A stretch of DNA of 64,000 nucleotides from an uncultured Solirubrobacteraceae bacterium (GTDB lineage Bacteria; Actinomycetota; Thermoleophilia; Solirubrobacterales; Solirubrobacteraceae). The position numbers were made by a program, and so were the translations under genes. Positions 11,227 through 20,120 of the stretch are shown in pieces (position 1 is the stretch's first letter; each line of letters begins with the position of its first letter). The stretch covers positions 22,247 to 86,246 of the forward strand of contig CAWJNZ010000006.1 in assembly GCA_963844405.1 (NCBI GenBank), in the 5' to 3' direction. The notes under the pieces were generated by a model that ran no database searches, was not told where the DNA came from, and saw only the letters and a list, made by a program, of their open reading frames with translations.

Positions 11227-12711
11227 ATGCGCGCGATACGAGCGCGTCATGTACTTCTTGCGGCCTTGGTCTGCGGCGCGGTAGCCGTACTGCCGGGCTC
11301 CGCCGGGGCCCATCCTGAGGAGTGCGCCACGACGGGCATCTTCTCCGGGGCGACGGGGCTCGACTGGGTCGACTGGGGCGAGCAGTCCGAGGACTGCATG
11401 AGCACGGCGGCCGTCGAGGGCCTCGACGACTCCGGCGCGACGCTGGCGGCGGGCCAGTCGGACGGGACGGACAATCTCACGTTGCTGTCGAACACCCCGA
11501 AGCCGAGGCCGTTCGACGCCGAGGGCGACTTCAACTCTGACATCGCGTTCGAAGACGGGTTCGCGTTCGGCGGCAACTACGACGGCGTGCAGATCTGGGA
11601 CGTGCGCGGGGACGGAGCGCCGAAGCTGGCGTCCTCCATCGAGTGCCCCGGCTCGCAGAACGACGTCACCGTCAACGACGGCATCCTCGTCACGTCGACG
11701 GACTCGCGCCGCACCGACGCGAGCTGCAACAGCGCGTCGACGACCACGCCGGGCGCGCCGACCACGTGGGAGGGCCTGAAGGTCTTCGACGTGAGCGACC
11801 CGTACGAGCCGGAGTACCTCACGTCGGTGTTCACCGACTGCGGCTCGCACACCCACACCGTGGTGCCGCAGCGCGACCGCCTGCTCGTCTACGTGCAGTC
11901 GTACGACATCGCCGCCGGCCGCTACCGCTGCGAGGGCCCGCACGACAAGATCTCGATCGTCTCGATCCCGCGCAGGGACCCGTCGAAGGCGAAGGTCGTC
12001 GCGCAGCCCGTGCTGTTCCCCGACGGCGGCAATGACGGCACGAGCGGCACGCTGCGCGCCACCACCGGCTGCCACGACATCACCGTCTACCCGGCGATCG
12101 ACCTGGCGGCGGGCGCGTGCACGGGCCAGGGCGTGATCATGAGCATCAAGAACCCGCTGAACCCGAAGGTGCTGGCAAGCGTGGAGGATCCGAACTTCGC
12201 GTTCTGGCACAGCGCCACGATCAGCAACGACGGCAAGAAGGTGCTGTTCACCGACGAGCTCGGGGGCGGCGGCCAGCCGACGTGCAACGACGACATCGGC
12301 CCGAACCGCGGCGCCGATGCGATCTACGACATCACCGATCCCGCCAACCCGCGGTTCATCAACTACTTCAAGATCCCGCGGGAGCAGACCAACACCGAGA
12401 ACTGCGTGGCCCACAACGGGAACCTGATCCCGAACAAGGAGGGCCGCGACATCCTCGTGCAGTCCTGGTACCAGGGCGGCATCTCGGTGATCGACTGGAC
12501 CGACCCGCGCAACGTCAAGGAGCTCGCCTGGTACGACCGCGGCCCGATCAGCGACACGCGGCTCGTGCTCGGCGGCTTCTGGTCGACGTACTACTACAAC
12601 GGCCGGATCTACGGCTCCGAGATCCAGCGCGGCTTCGACGTGTTCAAGCTCGACGGCTTCAGCGCCGACACGCCTGACACGCTGAACGCGCAGACGCAGG
12701 AGCGTTTCTAA
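11227..12711 (+). CDS. Secreted LVIVD-repeat beta-propeller protein
   Basis: ATG at 11227 is preceded by GGGGAGGG. Signal peptide MRAIRARHVLLAALVCGAVAVLPGSAGA. Repeated blades of the type GVQIWDVRGDGAP, GLKVFDVSDPYEP, AIYDITDPANPRF, GISVIDWTDPRN. The upstream part of track ORF 9970..12711 is a GC artefact. Confidence 0.8.
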   Translation: MRAIRARHVLLAALVCGAVAVLPGSAGAHPEECATTGIFSGATGLDWVDWGEQSEDCMSTAAVEGLDDSGATLAAGQSDGTDNLTLLSNTPKPRPFDAEGDFNSDIAFEDGFAFGGNYDGVQIWDVRGDGAPKLASSIECPGSQNDVTVNDGILVTSTDSRRTDASCNSASTTTPGAPTTWEGLKVFDVSDPYEPEYLTSVFTDCGSHTHTVVPQRDRLLVYVQSYDIAAGRYRCEGPHDKISIVSIPRRDPSKAKVVAQPVLFPDGGNDGTSGTLRATTGCHDITVYPAIDLAAGACTGQGVIMSIKNPLNPKVLASVEDPNFAFWHSATISNDGKKVLFTDELGGGGQPTCNDDIGPNRGADAIYDITDPANPRFINYFKIPREQTNTENCVAHNGNLIPNKEGRDILVQSWYQGGISVIDWTDPRNVKELAWYDRGPISDTRLVLGGFWSTYYYNGRIYGSEIQRGFDVFKLDGFSADTPDTLNAQTQERF

Positions 12712-12715
12712 CGGC

Positions 12716-13723
12716 TCAGGCCTGGCCCTCGGCAAGCTCCTTGCCGAGGGCCTCGCCGGCCTTCTCCAGCTCGTCGAGGTCGGTCGCCTCGATCACGCGC
12801 ATGAGGTCGATCATGCGCTTGCCGAACGCGTCGAGCGCGTCCGTTCCGACGATGGCGTGCAGCGGCACGCCGGCCTGGCGAGCGCGGGTCCCGATCTCGC
12901 CGACGAGCTTGCCCTGCAGGGTCTGCTCGTCGAGCTTGCCCTCGCCGGTGATCACGGCGCGCGAGGCGCGCATGCGCTCGTCGAAGCCGAGCGCGTCGAG
13001 CACCCACGGGGCGCCCGGCTCCAGCACGGCGCCGTGGACCGCCCACAGGCCGCCGGAGAGGCCGCCGGCGCAGCCGGTCATCGGCACGCCGCGCGGGTCG
13101 CGCCGCCAGCTCGCCGCCAGCTTGCCGAGCCGCTCCTCGAGCCGCGCCACCATGTCGGGGTCGGCGCCCTTCTGCGGCCCGAACACCTTCGGCGCGTCCT
13201 CGAACGGGGTGCGGACGTCGCACAGCACGACGAGGCGCGCGCCGCCGAGGCCGCCGGCCTCCTCGATCGCCTCGAGCGCGCCGGCGCCGCCGTCGGTCGT
13301 CGCGGAGCCGCCGACCGCGACGACGATGACCTGGGCGCCGGCCTGGGAGGCGGCCGCGATCAGCTCGCCGGTGCCGTAGGTCGATGCCGCCCACGCGTCG
13401 CGCTCGCCCTCGTCCACCAGCCCCAGGCCGCTGGCCGTGGCGGTCTCCACGATCGCCGTCCCGCCGTCCTCGACGAGCGCGAAGCAGCCGCGCAGGTCGC
13501 GCCCCAGCGGGTCGTGGGCGTCCGCGGCCACCACCTCGCCGCCGAGGCCGGGCAGCAGGGCGTCCAGCGTCCCCTCGCCGCCGTCGGCCACCGGGCAGAG
13601 GTCGGGCGGCATCAGGCCGGCGCGCTCGAGCCCGCGGCCGATCGCGCCCGCCACCTCGGAGGCGCGGAAGGTGCCCTTGAAGGAGTCCGGGGCGACGAGC
13701 ACCGGGCGCTCGGGGACGGTCAT
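12716..13723 (-). CDS. Glycerate kinase
   Basis: MTVPERPVLVAPDSFKGT...CPVADGGEGTLD, a glycerate-kinase N-terminal signature. The ATG at 13723 is preferred over the ORF start at 13900. Confidence 0.85.
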   Translation of the reverse strand: MTVPERPVLVAPDSFKGTFRASEVAGAIGRGLERAGLMPPDLCPVADGGEGTLDALLPGLGGEVVAADAHDPLGRDLRGCFALVEDGGTAIVETATASGLGLVDEGERDAWAASTYGTGELIAAASQAGAQVIVVAVGGSATTDGGAGALEAIEEAGGLGGARLVVLCDVRTPFEDAPKVFGPQKGADPDMVARLEERLGKLAASWRRDPRGVPMTGCAGGLSGGLWAVHGAVLEPGAPWVLDALGFDERMRASRAVITGEGKLDEQTLQGKLVGEIGTRARQAGVPLHAIVGTDALDAFGKRMIDLMRVIEATDLDELEKAGEALGKELAEGQA

Positions 13724-13798
13724 CGAGACACATCTTCGCGCCTGGGGACATGTCACCATCGAGAGCATGGCCAGCACCCCCCACCCTGCACCTTCCCG

Positions 13799-14208
13799 GT
13801 GTCCGACGACGAGACGCTGCGCGCGCTCCAGGGCGCGGTCGGCGTGCTCGCCGCCAAGTGGAGCGTCGTGGTCCTCGCCCGGCTGGCCGAGGGGACGCAC
13901 GGTTCAACGAGCTGCTGCGGCAGATCGACGGGGTGTCGCGGCGGATGCTGAGCGCGACGCTGCGCCAGCTCGAGCGCGACGGCCTGGTCGAGCGGCACGT
14001 CTACGCGCGCGTGCCGGCCCGCGTGGAGTACGAGCTGTCGCCGGTCGGCGCGCAACCTGCTCGACGCGCTGGTGCCGCTCGCCGGCTGGGGCCTCGAGCA
14101 CCAGGGCGACGTCACGACCGCGCGCGAGCACTTCGACCGCCTGCAGCGCTGGCGGGCCGAGGGCGAGGAGATCAAGGCGCGCTCGCAGACCACGAGCAGG
14201 TCGTCTAG
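13799..14208 (+). pseudogene. HxlR-family transcriptional regulator, at least 2 frameshifts
   Basis: VSDDETLRALQGAVGVLAAKWSVVVLARLAEG in one frame. RFNELLRQIDGVSRRMLSATLRQLERDGLVERHVYARVPARVEYELSPVG in a second frame (a G-run is one base short at about 13900). NLLDALVPLAGWGLEHQ is back in the first frame from about 14050. The natural stop is uncertain. Confidence 0.65.
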
Positions 14209-15153
14209 CCCGACAGTTGGTCGGTCCGGCACTCGGCCGGCGGCTTGTCCTCGCGCCAGCGGGCGATCTTCGCTGCCGTGGCGGATGCGGTCGTTGCTCG
14301 TGTGGTCGAAGGTGATCTCGACGACGAGCTCGGGGCGCAGCTCGATCCACTCGAGCTCGCGGTCGCTGGCCCAGCGGCTCGGGTCGCCCATCCCGCGCTC
14401 GCCGGTCTCGTAGGGCTCGAGCCTGGCCGGCAGCTCGCGCTTCTCCTTGGCCGAGAAGCCGGAGGTGTGGCCGACCGTGCGCAGCTCGCCGGCTCGTCGT
14501 AGAGGCCGAGGATCAGCGAGCCGACGGTGCCCTCCTCCTTGCCGGGCCGCCAGCCCTGGACGACGGCGTCGATCGTGCGGACGCGCTTGATCTTCAGCAT
14601 GCCCGACGCGCTCGCCCGGGCGGTAGCGGCGCGTCGAGCTCCTTGGCCACCACGCCCTCGGCGCCCTGGAGCCACTCCTGGGCGGCGGCGGGGTCGAACA
14701 CGACACGGCGTGAGGTCGACGGGCGCGCGACCAGCTTCTCCAGCCGCGCGCGGCGCTCGTGCTGGGGCAGCTCGAGCAGCGACGTCGTCGCCCTCGGCCA
14801 GCAGGTCGAAGGCGATGAAGCGCGTCGGCGTCTGCTCGGCCAGCATGCGGATGCGCGACTCGGCGGGGTGGATCCGCTGGCCGAGCGCGTCGAAGTCCTG
14901 CCGGCCCTGCTCGTCGAACAGCACGATCTCGCCGTCGAGGACGTAGCGGCCGGCCGGGAAGGCCAGCTCGGGGAAGTAGCTTGGTCAGCGGCCGGCCGTT
15001 GCGCGACTGCAGGTACACGTCGGCGCCGTCGACGAACGCGATCGCGCGGAAGCCGTCCCACTTGGGCTCGAAGCCCAGCCGTCGCCGGTCCGGCAGCGCC
15101 TTGGCCGGGCGGGCGAGCTGGGGCGCCACCGGCGGGGTGAGCGGGAGCGTCAT
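14205..15153 (-). pseudogene. ATP-dependent DNA ligase (LigC / LigD ligase-domain type), at least 6 frameshifts
   Basis: The protein can be followed only by hopping frames. Segments in order: MTLPL...GFEPKWDGFRAIAFVDG (KxDG adenylation motif); YFPELAFPAGRYVLDGEIVLFDEQGRQDFDAL...FIAFDLLAEGDDV; LLELPQHERRARLEKLVA...AAQEWLQGAEGVVAKELDAP; YRPGERVG; MLKIKRVRTIDAVVQGWRPGKEEGTVGSLILGLYDEP; GELRTVGHTSGFSAKEKREL...ITFDHTSNDRIRH; AAKIARWREDKPPAECRTDQLSG then stop. Frame breaks lie near 14979, 14781, 14626, 14601, 14491 and 14277. Confidence 0.8.
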
Positions 15154-15278
15154 GCCCCCAGCAAAGCAAAGAGCCCCGGGTGGAGGCTCTAAGGGGGAGC
15201 GAACCCCGCCGCTGGGGGACGGCAGGGCTCGAGGGGGCGGGCCCCGAGGGGCTCGTGGCGGGGAGAGAGGGAGTGCGC

Positions 15279-15383
15279 TTAGGCGAGCGGCTCGCGCTCG
15301 TCGAAGCCGGGCCGGTCCTCGGGTCCGAAGAGGACGCCGAGGGCCAGCGCGACCGGCACTGCGATGGCGAGGAAGATTGACAT
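15279..15383 (-). CDS. Possible 34-aa hydrophobic small protein
   Basis: Not in the track (under 60 aa). ATG at 15383 is preceded by GAGGG. MSIFLAIAVPVALALGVLFGPEDRPGFDEREPLA, one TM helix plus an acidic tail. Strong G/C third-position bias in this frame. Confidence 0.4.
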   Translation of the reverse strand: MSIFLAIAVPVALALGVLFGPEDRPGFDEREPLA

Positions 15384-15440
15384 GCCCTCATTATCGGACC
15401 ATGTGCGACATTGCTTCATACTTGATTGACTACACCATCG

Positions 15441-15455
15441 ATAGGTTTAGCCTAT
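15441..15455. promoter_or_regulatory. LysR-type T-N11-A inverted repeat overlapping the LysR start codon
   Basis: ATAGGtttagCCTAT (5-bp arms). The ATG of the LysR gene lies inside the right arm. It sits in an AT-richer island from 15385 to 15453. Confidence 0.35.
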
Positions 15456-16359
15456 GACTCTCCAGCAGCTCACGTACTTCCTGGCGGCGGCCGAGCACGG
15501 CTCGTTCTCGGCCGCCGCGGAGAGCCTGTTCATGGCCCAGCCGAGCCTGTCCGAGCAGATCCGCCGGCTCGAGGCGGAGCTCGGCGTGCCGCTGTTCGCG
15601 CGTGCCGGCCGCGGGCTCCGGCTCACCGAGGCGGGGCGCCTGTTCCTCCCGAACGCGGAGCGGACCGTCGAGGCGGCGCGCGAGGCCGCCGAGTCGGTCC
15701 AGGAGGTGCGCGAGATCACCGGCGGCACCGTCGCCTTCGGCACCTTCGGCAGCGCCCATCACTACCTCCTCGTGGGCCTGATCTCGGACTTCCGCAGGCA
15801 GCACCCGAACGTGCGCGTGCGGGCGTTCGGCCAGAACTCCGCCGAGGTCGCCGACGCCGTCCGCGAGGGCGACCTGGAGGCCGGCCTCATCGCCCTGCCG
15901 GTCGACGACCGCGGGCTCGACGTCCGGCCGGCCATGCGCGAGGAGGTGCTGTACGTGAGCGCCGACGAAGAGCGCCTGCGCGAGCCGATGACCATCGAGC
16001 GCCTCGCCGACGCGCCGCTGATCCTCTACGACGTGCGCTGGGGCCACGACGACCCGATGCGCCGCCAGCTGCGCGAGCGCGCGCAGGCTGCCGGGGTGGC
16101 GGTGCAGCCGCAGATCGAGGTCGAGTACGTGACCGCCGCGCTCGAGCTCGCCGCGCGCGGGCTCGGCGACACCATCGGCTCGCGGCAGATGATCCGCAGC
16201 CGCGGGCTCGCCCGCAAGCTGGCGGGCGTCAGCTTCGACCCCCCGCTCTACGACACCTTCGCCTTCATCACCCGCCGCAACGCCCACCTCTCGCCGGCCA
16301 CGCGCGAGTTCATCCGGCTGGCCGAGCGGCGCGTCGAGGGCCTCAGGGGCGAGCTGTGA
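15454..16359 (+). CDS. LysR-family transcriptional regulator
   Basis: Canonical N-terminus MTLQQLTYFLAAAEHGSFSAAAESLFMAQPSLSEQIRRLEAELG. 301 aa, intact. Confidence 0.9.
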   Translation: MTLQQLTYFLAAAEHGSFSAAAESLFMAQPSLSEQIRRLEAELGVPLFARAGRGLRLTEAGRLFLPNAERTVEAAREAAESVQEVREITGGTVAFGTFGSAHHYLLVGLISDFRRQHPNVRVRAFGQNSAEVADAVREGDLEAGLIALPVDDRGLDVRPAMREEVLYVSADEERLREPMTIERLADAPLILYDVRWGHDDPMRRQLRERAQAAGVAVQPQIEVEYVTAALELAARGLGDTIGSRQMIRSRGLARKLAGVSFDPPLYDTFAFITRRNAHLSPATREFIRLAERRVEGLRGEL

Positions 16360-17353
16360 AGATCGCGCCGTCGCCGTAGTAGCGCGAGCGGCGGCAGCAG
16401 CCGCCCCAGACGACCATGCCGCCGGGGATCGAGACGGCCGCGTGGTGGTCGCGGCCGCGGATCGGCGCGTCGGGCAGGGCACGCCAGGCCCCGGTGGCGG
16501 GGTCGTACGCGGCGCCGCCGTCGAGGCCCCAGACCAGCAGCTCGGCGCCGCTCCAGGCGGTCTGCCCGGTCACGTCGTACGGCGGGATCGGCTCCCACCG
16601 GTCGCGGCCGGGGTCATAGGCGGCCCCGCGGTCGCCGCTCCAGACGGTCATCAGCTCGCCGGTCCACTCGGCGTCGAGGTCCGGCTCCTCGCCGTAGCCC
16701 AGGGTGCCGCCCTCGAGCGGGGCCGGCGCCAGGCGCCGCCAGCGGTCGCGCTCCGGGTCGTAGGCGGCTCCGTCGACCAGCAGCCGCCGGCCCCGCGACC
16801 CGCCCCACACGAGCATCTCCTCGCCCGTCCACACGGCGACGTGGTACGCGCGGCGCGCGAGCGGCGCCCGGGCGATCCTCCGCCACGAGCCGTCCCACGC
16901 GGCGCCGTCGGCCCGCAGCCGGGCGCGACAGGTGGAACCGCCCCAGACGATCATCTCCTCGCCCGTCCACACCGCCGTGTGGCGGGCTCGTCGCGGGCCC
17001 GACCACAGCGGCGTCCAGCGGTCGCGCCGCACGTCGTAGACCGCTCCGGCCGCGCGACGCCCGCGGCCGGCGGGGCCGTGGCAGCCGCCCCACACGACGG
17101 CGTCGCGCCCGGCGGCGACCGCCGTCTGGCCGTACTGCCACCACAGCCGCGACGGCGAGGCCCGCCTGGCTCGCCCCGACGCGATGTCGACGACCAGGCC
17201 CTTCATCGTCGCCTGGTCGTAGTCGACCCCGGCGATGACGACGACCTCGTCGCCGACGCGGACCGGCGCGAGCTCCTGGAACCCGCGCGTCGCGGGCCCG
17301 TCGACCGGTTGCCAGCCGGCGAGCACGGCCGCGAGGACGGCGAGCCAGGTCAC
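16343..17353 (-). CDS. Kelch-like repeat (beta-propeller) protein
   Basis: 336 aa with about 6 internal repeats of the form AVWTGEEMxVWGG...GAAYDPxxDRWxxLPxAP. Short hydrophobic N-terminus. Confidence 0.75.
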   Translation of the reverse strand: MTWLAVLAAVLAGWQPVDGPATRGFQELAPVRVGDEVVVIAGVDYDQATMKGLVVDIASGRARRASPSRLWWQYGQTAVAAGRDAVVWGGCHGPAGRGRRAAGAVYDVRRDRWTPLWSGPRRARHTAVWTGEEMIVWGGSTCRARLRADGAAWDGSWRRIARAPLARRAYHVAVWTGEEMLVWGGSRGRRLLVDGAAYDPERDRWRRLAPAPLEGGTLGYGEEPDLDAEWTGELMTVWSGDRGAAYDPGRDRWEPIPPYDVTGQTAWSGAELLVWGLDGGAAYDPATGAWRALPDAPIRGRDHHAAVSIPGGMVVWGGCCRRSRYYGDGAIFTARP

Positions 17354-17380
17354 GCTCGTAGTACGGCCGCGGGAGCCGGA

Positions 17381-18196
17381 TCAGTCCCTGCGCGGTGCCG
17401 CGGTGCCGCCGCGCAGGCGCCGCACGACGGCGTCGGTGAGGCGCGGGGCGACGCCGTTGAGCCCGAGCAGCCGCACGAAACCCGGGTAGGCGACCGCCCG
17501 GCGGTCCCGCTCCACCGCCCGCAGCACGGCCTCCACCAGGCGGCCCGGATCGGCCGCGCGCTCGCCGGCGTGGTACCAGTCGGGCAGCGAGTCCTTCTCG
17601 TGGTCGTGCAGGTGGGTGGCGATCTCGCCCGGGTACGCGGTGGTGACCGACACGCCGGTGCCGCCGAGCTCGTGCCGCAGCGCCTCGGCGAACGCGCGCT
17701 GGGCGGCCTTCGTCGCCCCGTAGCCGGCCGCCCCCGGGAAGGCGCGCAGGCCGGCGCCGGAGGAGACGATGACGATGTGGCCGGAGGCGCCGTCGAGCAG
17801 GTGGCCGAGCGCCGCCTTGACCGTGTAGACGGTGCCGAGCCAGTTCACCCGCGTCATCGCCTCCACGCGCTCGACGTCCTGCGCCAGCAAGGGCTCGTAG
17901 TGGGCGATGCCGGCGTTGGCGATCACGAGGTCGAGCCCGCCCGCGTGCTCGACGAACCGCGCGACCGCCGCCTCCACCTGTGCCTGGTCGCCGACGTCGG
18001 CGGGCAGGGCGATCGAGCGCCCGCCGAGCTCGCTCGCCTGGTGCTCGTCGACCGACCGCGCCAGCATCCCGACGGCCGCCCCGCGGGCCGCGAGCGCCCG
18101 CGCGAACTCGAGCCCGATCCCGCGCGAGGCGCCGGTGACGAGCGCCCGCGTGGTCGCGTCTATGCGCACGAGGGCGGAGGATATGCTCAGGGCCAT
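17381..18196 (-). CDS. Short-chain dehydrogenase/reductase (classical SDR)
   Basis: TGASRGIG cofactor motif and YGATKAA (YxxxK) active site. Start is the ATG at 18196 or the GTG at 18169. Confidence 0.85.
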   Translation of the reverse strand: MALSISSALVRIDATTRALVTGASRGIGLEFARALAARGAAVGMLARSVDEHQASELGGRSIALPADVGDQAQVEAAVARFVEHAGGLDLVIANAGIAHYEPLLAQDVERVEAMTRVNWLGTVYTVKAALGHLLDGASGHIVIVSSGAGLRAFPGAAGYGATKAAQRAFAEALRHELGGTGVSVTTAYPGEIATHLHDHEKDSLPDWYHAGERAADPGRLVEAVLRAVERDRRAVAYPGFVRLLGLNGVAPRLTDAVVRRLRGGTAAPRRD

Positions 18197-18908
18197 GTCG
18201 CACGACCAAGCCACCGTCGCCGAGGAGGAGTACCTCCAGACCATCTTCTGGCTCCAGGAGGCAGGACTCCCGATGACGGGCGCCAACGTCGCCCGCGCCA
18301 TGCAGCTCTCGGCGCCGACGGTGCACGAGATGATCGGGCGGCTGGAGCGCGACGGCTACATCACGCGCAGTGCCGACAAGGCGCTGCTCTTCACCGAGCA
18401 CGGTCGCGAGCACGCCGAGGGCGTCGTGCGGCGGCACCGGCTGATCGAGCGCTTCCTGACCGACGTGCTGGGCATCCCGTGGGACGACGTCCACGAGGAG
18501 GCCGAGCGGCTCGAGCACGCGATGTCGCCGAAGCTCGAGGAGCGGATGCTGGCCGCGATCGGCGACGCCAAGACCTGCCCGCACGGCCACCCGCTGTCGC
18601 CCGGCGACCGCATCGAGGGCGTCCCGCTGGCCGACGTCGAGCCCGGCGCCAAGGTCACCGTCCTGCGCTTCGAGAACGAGGCCGAGGACCTGCTCCACCT
18701 GTTCATGGACGAGGGGCTGGCGCCCGGCAAGCACGGTGAGGTCGCGGAGGTCGACGCCGACCACGTCGTGGTCGCCTTCGACGACGGCACGGCCACCCTC
18801 ACCCGCTCCGTCTCGGAGACCGTCTCCGTGCTCGCCGACCCGTCGCCGCCGCCGCGCACCGCGCTGCCGGAGCAGCTCGTGCTGGCCAAGGAGCGCTACG
18901 GCCGCTAG
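18195..18908 (+). CDS. DtxR/IdeR/MntR-family metal-dependent regulator with FeoA-like C-terminal domain
   Basis: MSHDQATVAEEEYLQTIFWLQE...PTVHEMIGRLERDGYI...RHRLIERFLTDVLG...EAERLEHAMS. An alternative ATG lies at 18183. Confidence 0.9.
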   Translation: MSHDQATVAEEEYLQTIFWLQEAGLPMTGANVARAMQLSAPTVHEMIGRLERDGYITRSADKALLFTEHGREHAEGVVRRHRLIERFLTDVLGIPWDDVHEEAERLEHAMSPKLEERMLAAIGDAKTCPHGHPLSPGDRIEGVPLADVEPGAKVTVLRFENEAEDLLHLFMDEGLAPGKHGEVAEVDADHVVVAFDDGTATLTRSVSETVSVLADPSPPPRTALPEQLVLAKERYGR

Positions 18909-20120
18909 GTGACGCGCGCCCGGGCCGCCTCGAAGGCCCGGTGCTCGCCCGCCTCGACGAGCGCCCGCAGGCGGTCGAGGGCGTCCCAGACGTCGACGTA
19001 GCGCGTGTAGAGCGGCGCGACGCCGAGGCGGATGAAGTCGGGCTCGCGGAAGTCGGGCACGACCTTCGCCCGCAGCAGCGCCTGGCAGATCTGCCAGCCG
19101 TCCGGGTGGCGGAGCGAGACGTGCGAGCCGCGCCGCGCGCCGTCGCGCGGCGAGCCGAGCGAGAACCCCAGCGGCACGAGCCAGGCGTCGTGCAGCGCGA
19201 CGATCAGCTCGCAGAGGCCGAGCGACTTCTCGCGCAGCCGCCCGATGCCCGCCTCGGCGGTGAGCCGGACGCCCTCCTCCACGGCCGCCAGCTCGAGGAT
19301 GCCGGGCGTGCCGGCCATGAAGCGGCCGATGCCCTCGACGGGGTCGTAGTCGCGGTCCATGTCGAACTGGTCGCGCTGACCGAACCAGCCCTGGATCGGC
19401 GTGCGCAGCCGCGGCTGGAGCTCGCCGGCCGCGAACAGGAAGGCGGGCGCGCCGGGCCCGCCGTTGAGGTACTTGTACGTGCAGCCCACCGCCAGCTCCA
19501 CGCCCGCCTCGGTCAGCTCGACCGGCACGGCGCCGGCCGAGTGCGAGAGGTCCCAGACCACCCGCGCGCCGTGCCGCCGCGCCGACGCGGTGAAGCCCGC
19601 CACGTCGGCCAGCTCCCCGCTCCGGTAGTCGACGTGCGAGCGGCACGACGACCGCCGCGCCCACGAGCGCCGCGTCGAGGTCGTCGACGATCCGCAGCTC
19701 GGTGCCGTGCCTACGGGCGAGCCCCTCGAGCACGTAGCGGTCGGTCGGGAAGTTGCCGCGGTCGGTGACCAGCGCGCCGTCGCCCAGCTCGAGCGCCGCC
19801 GAGCAGAGCTTGTAGAGGTTGACCGTCGTCGAGTCGCAGACCAGCACCTCGCCGGGCCGCGCTCCCAGCACGCCCTCGGCGAGCCGGTCGCCGGCGCGGA
19901 CCGGGACGTCGATCCAGTCCGGCCAGCCGGACACGAGCCGGTCGCCCCACTCCTCGACGACCGCGTGCAGCCGCTCGCGCGTCGCCACCGGCAGGCGCCC
20001 GAGCGAGTTGCCGTCCAGGTACAGCCGCTCCGGATCATTGATGACGAACCGCTCGCGGAAGCCCGCCAGCGGATCGGCGGCGTCGAGCGCCGCCGCCGCC
20101 TCGCGCGTCAGGTCACCCAT
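18905..20120 (-). pseudogene. kynU: Kynureninase, single frameshift near 19643
   Basis: N-terminal part MGDLTREAAAALDAADPLAGFRERF...YLDGNSLG...CDSTTVNLYKL lies in the frame of ORF 16614..20639. The C-terminal part SHVDYRSGEL...GCTYKYLNGGPGAPAFL...IRLGVAPLYTRY lies in ORF 18905..20038. Confidence 0.85.
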
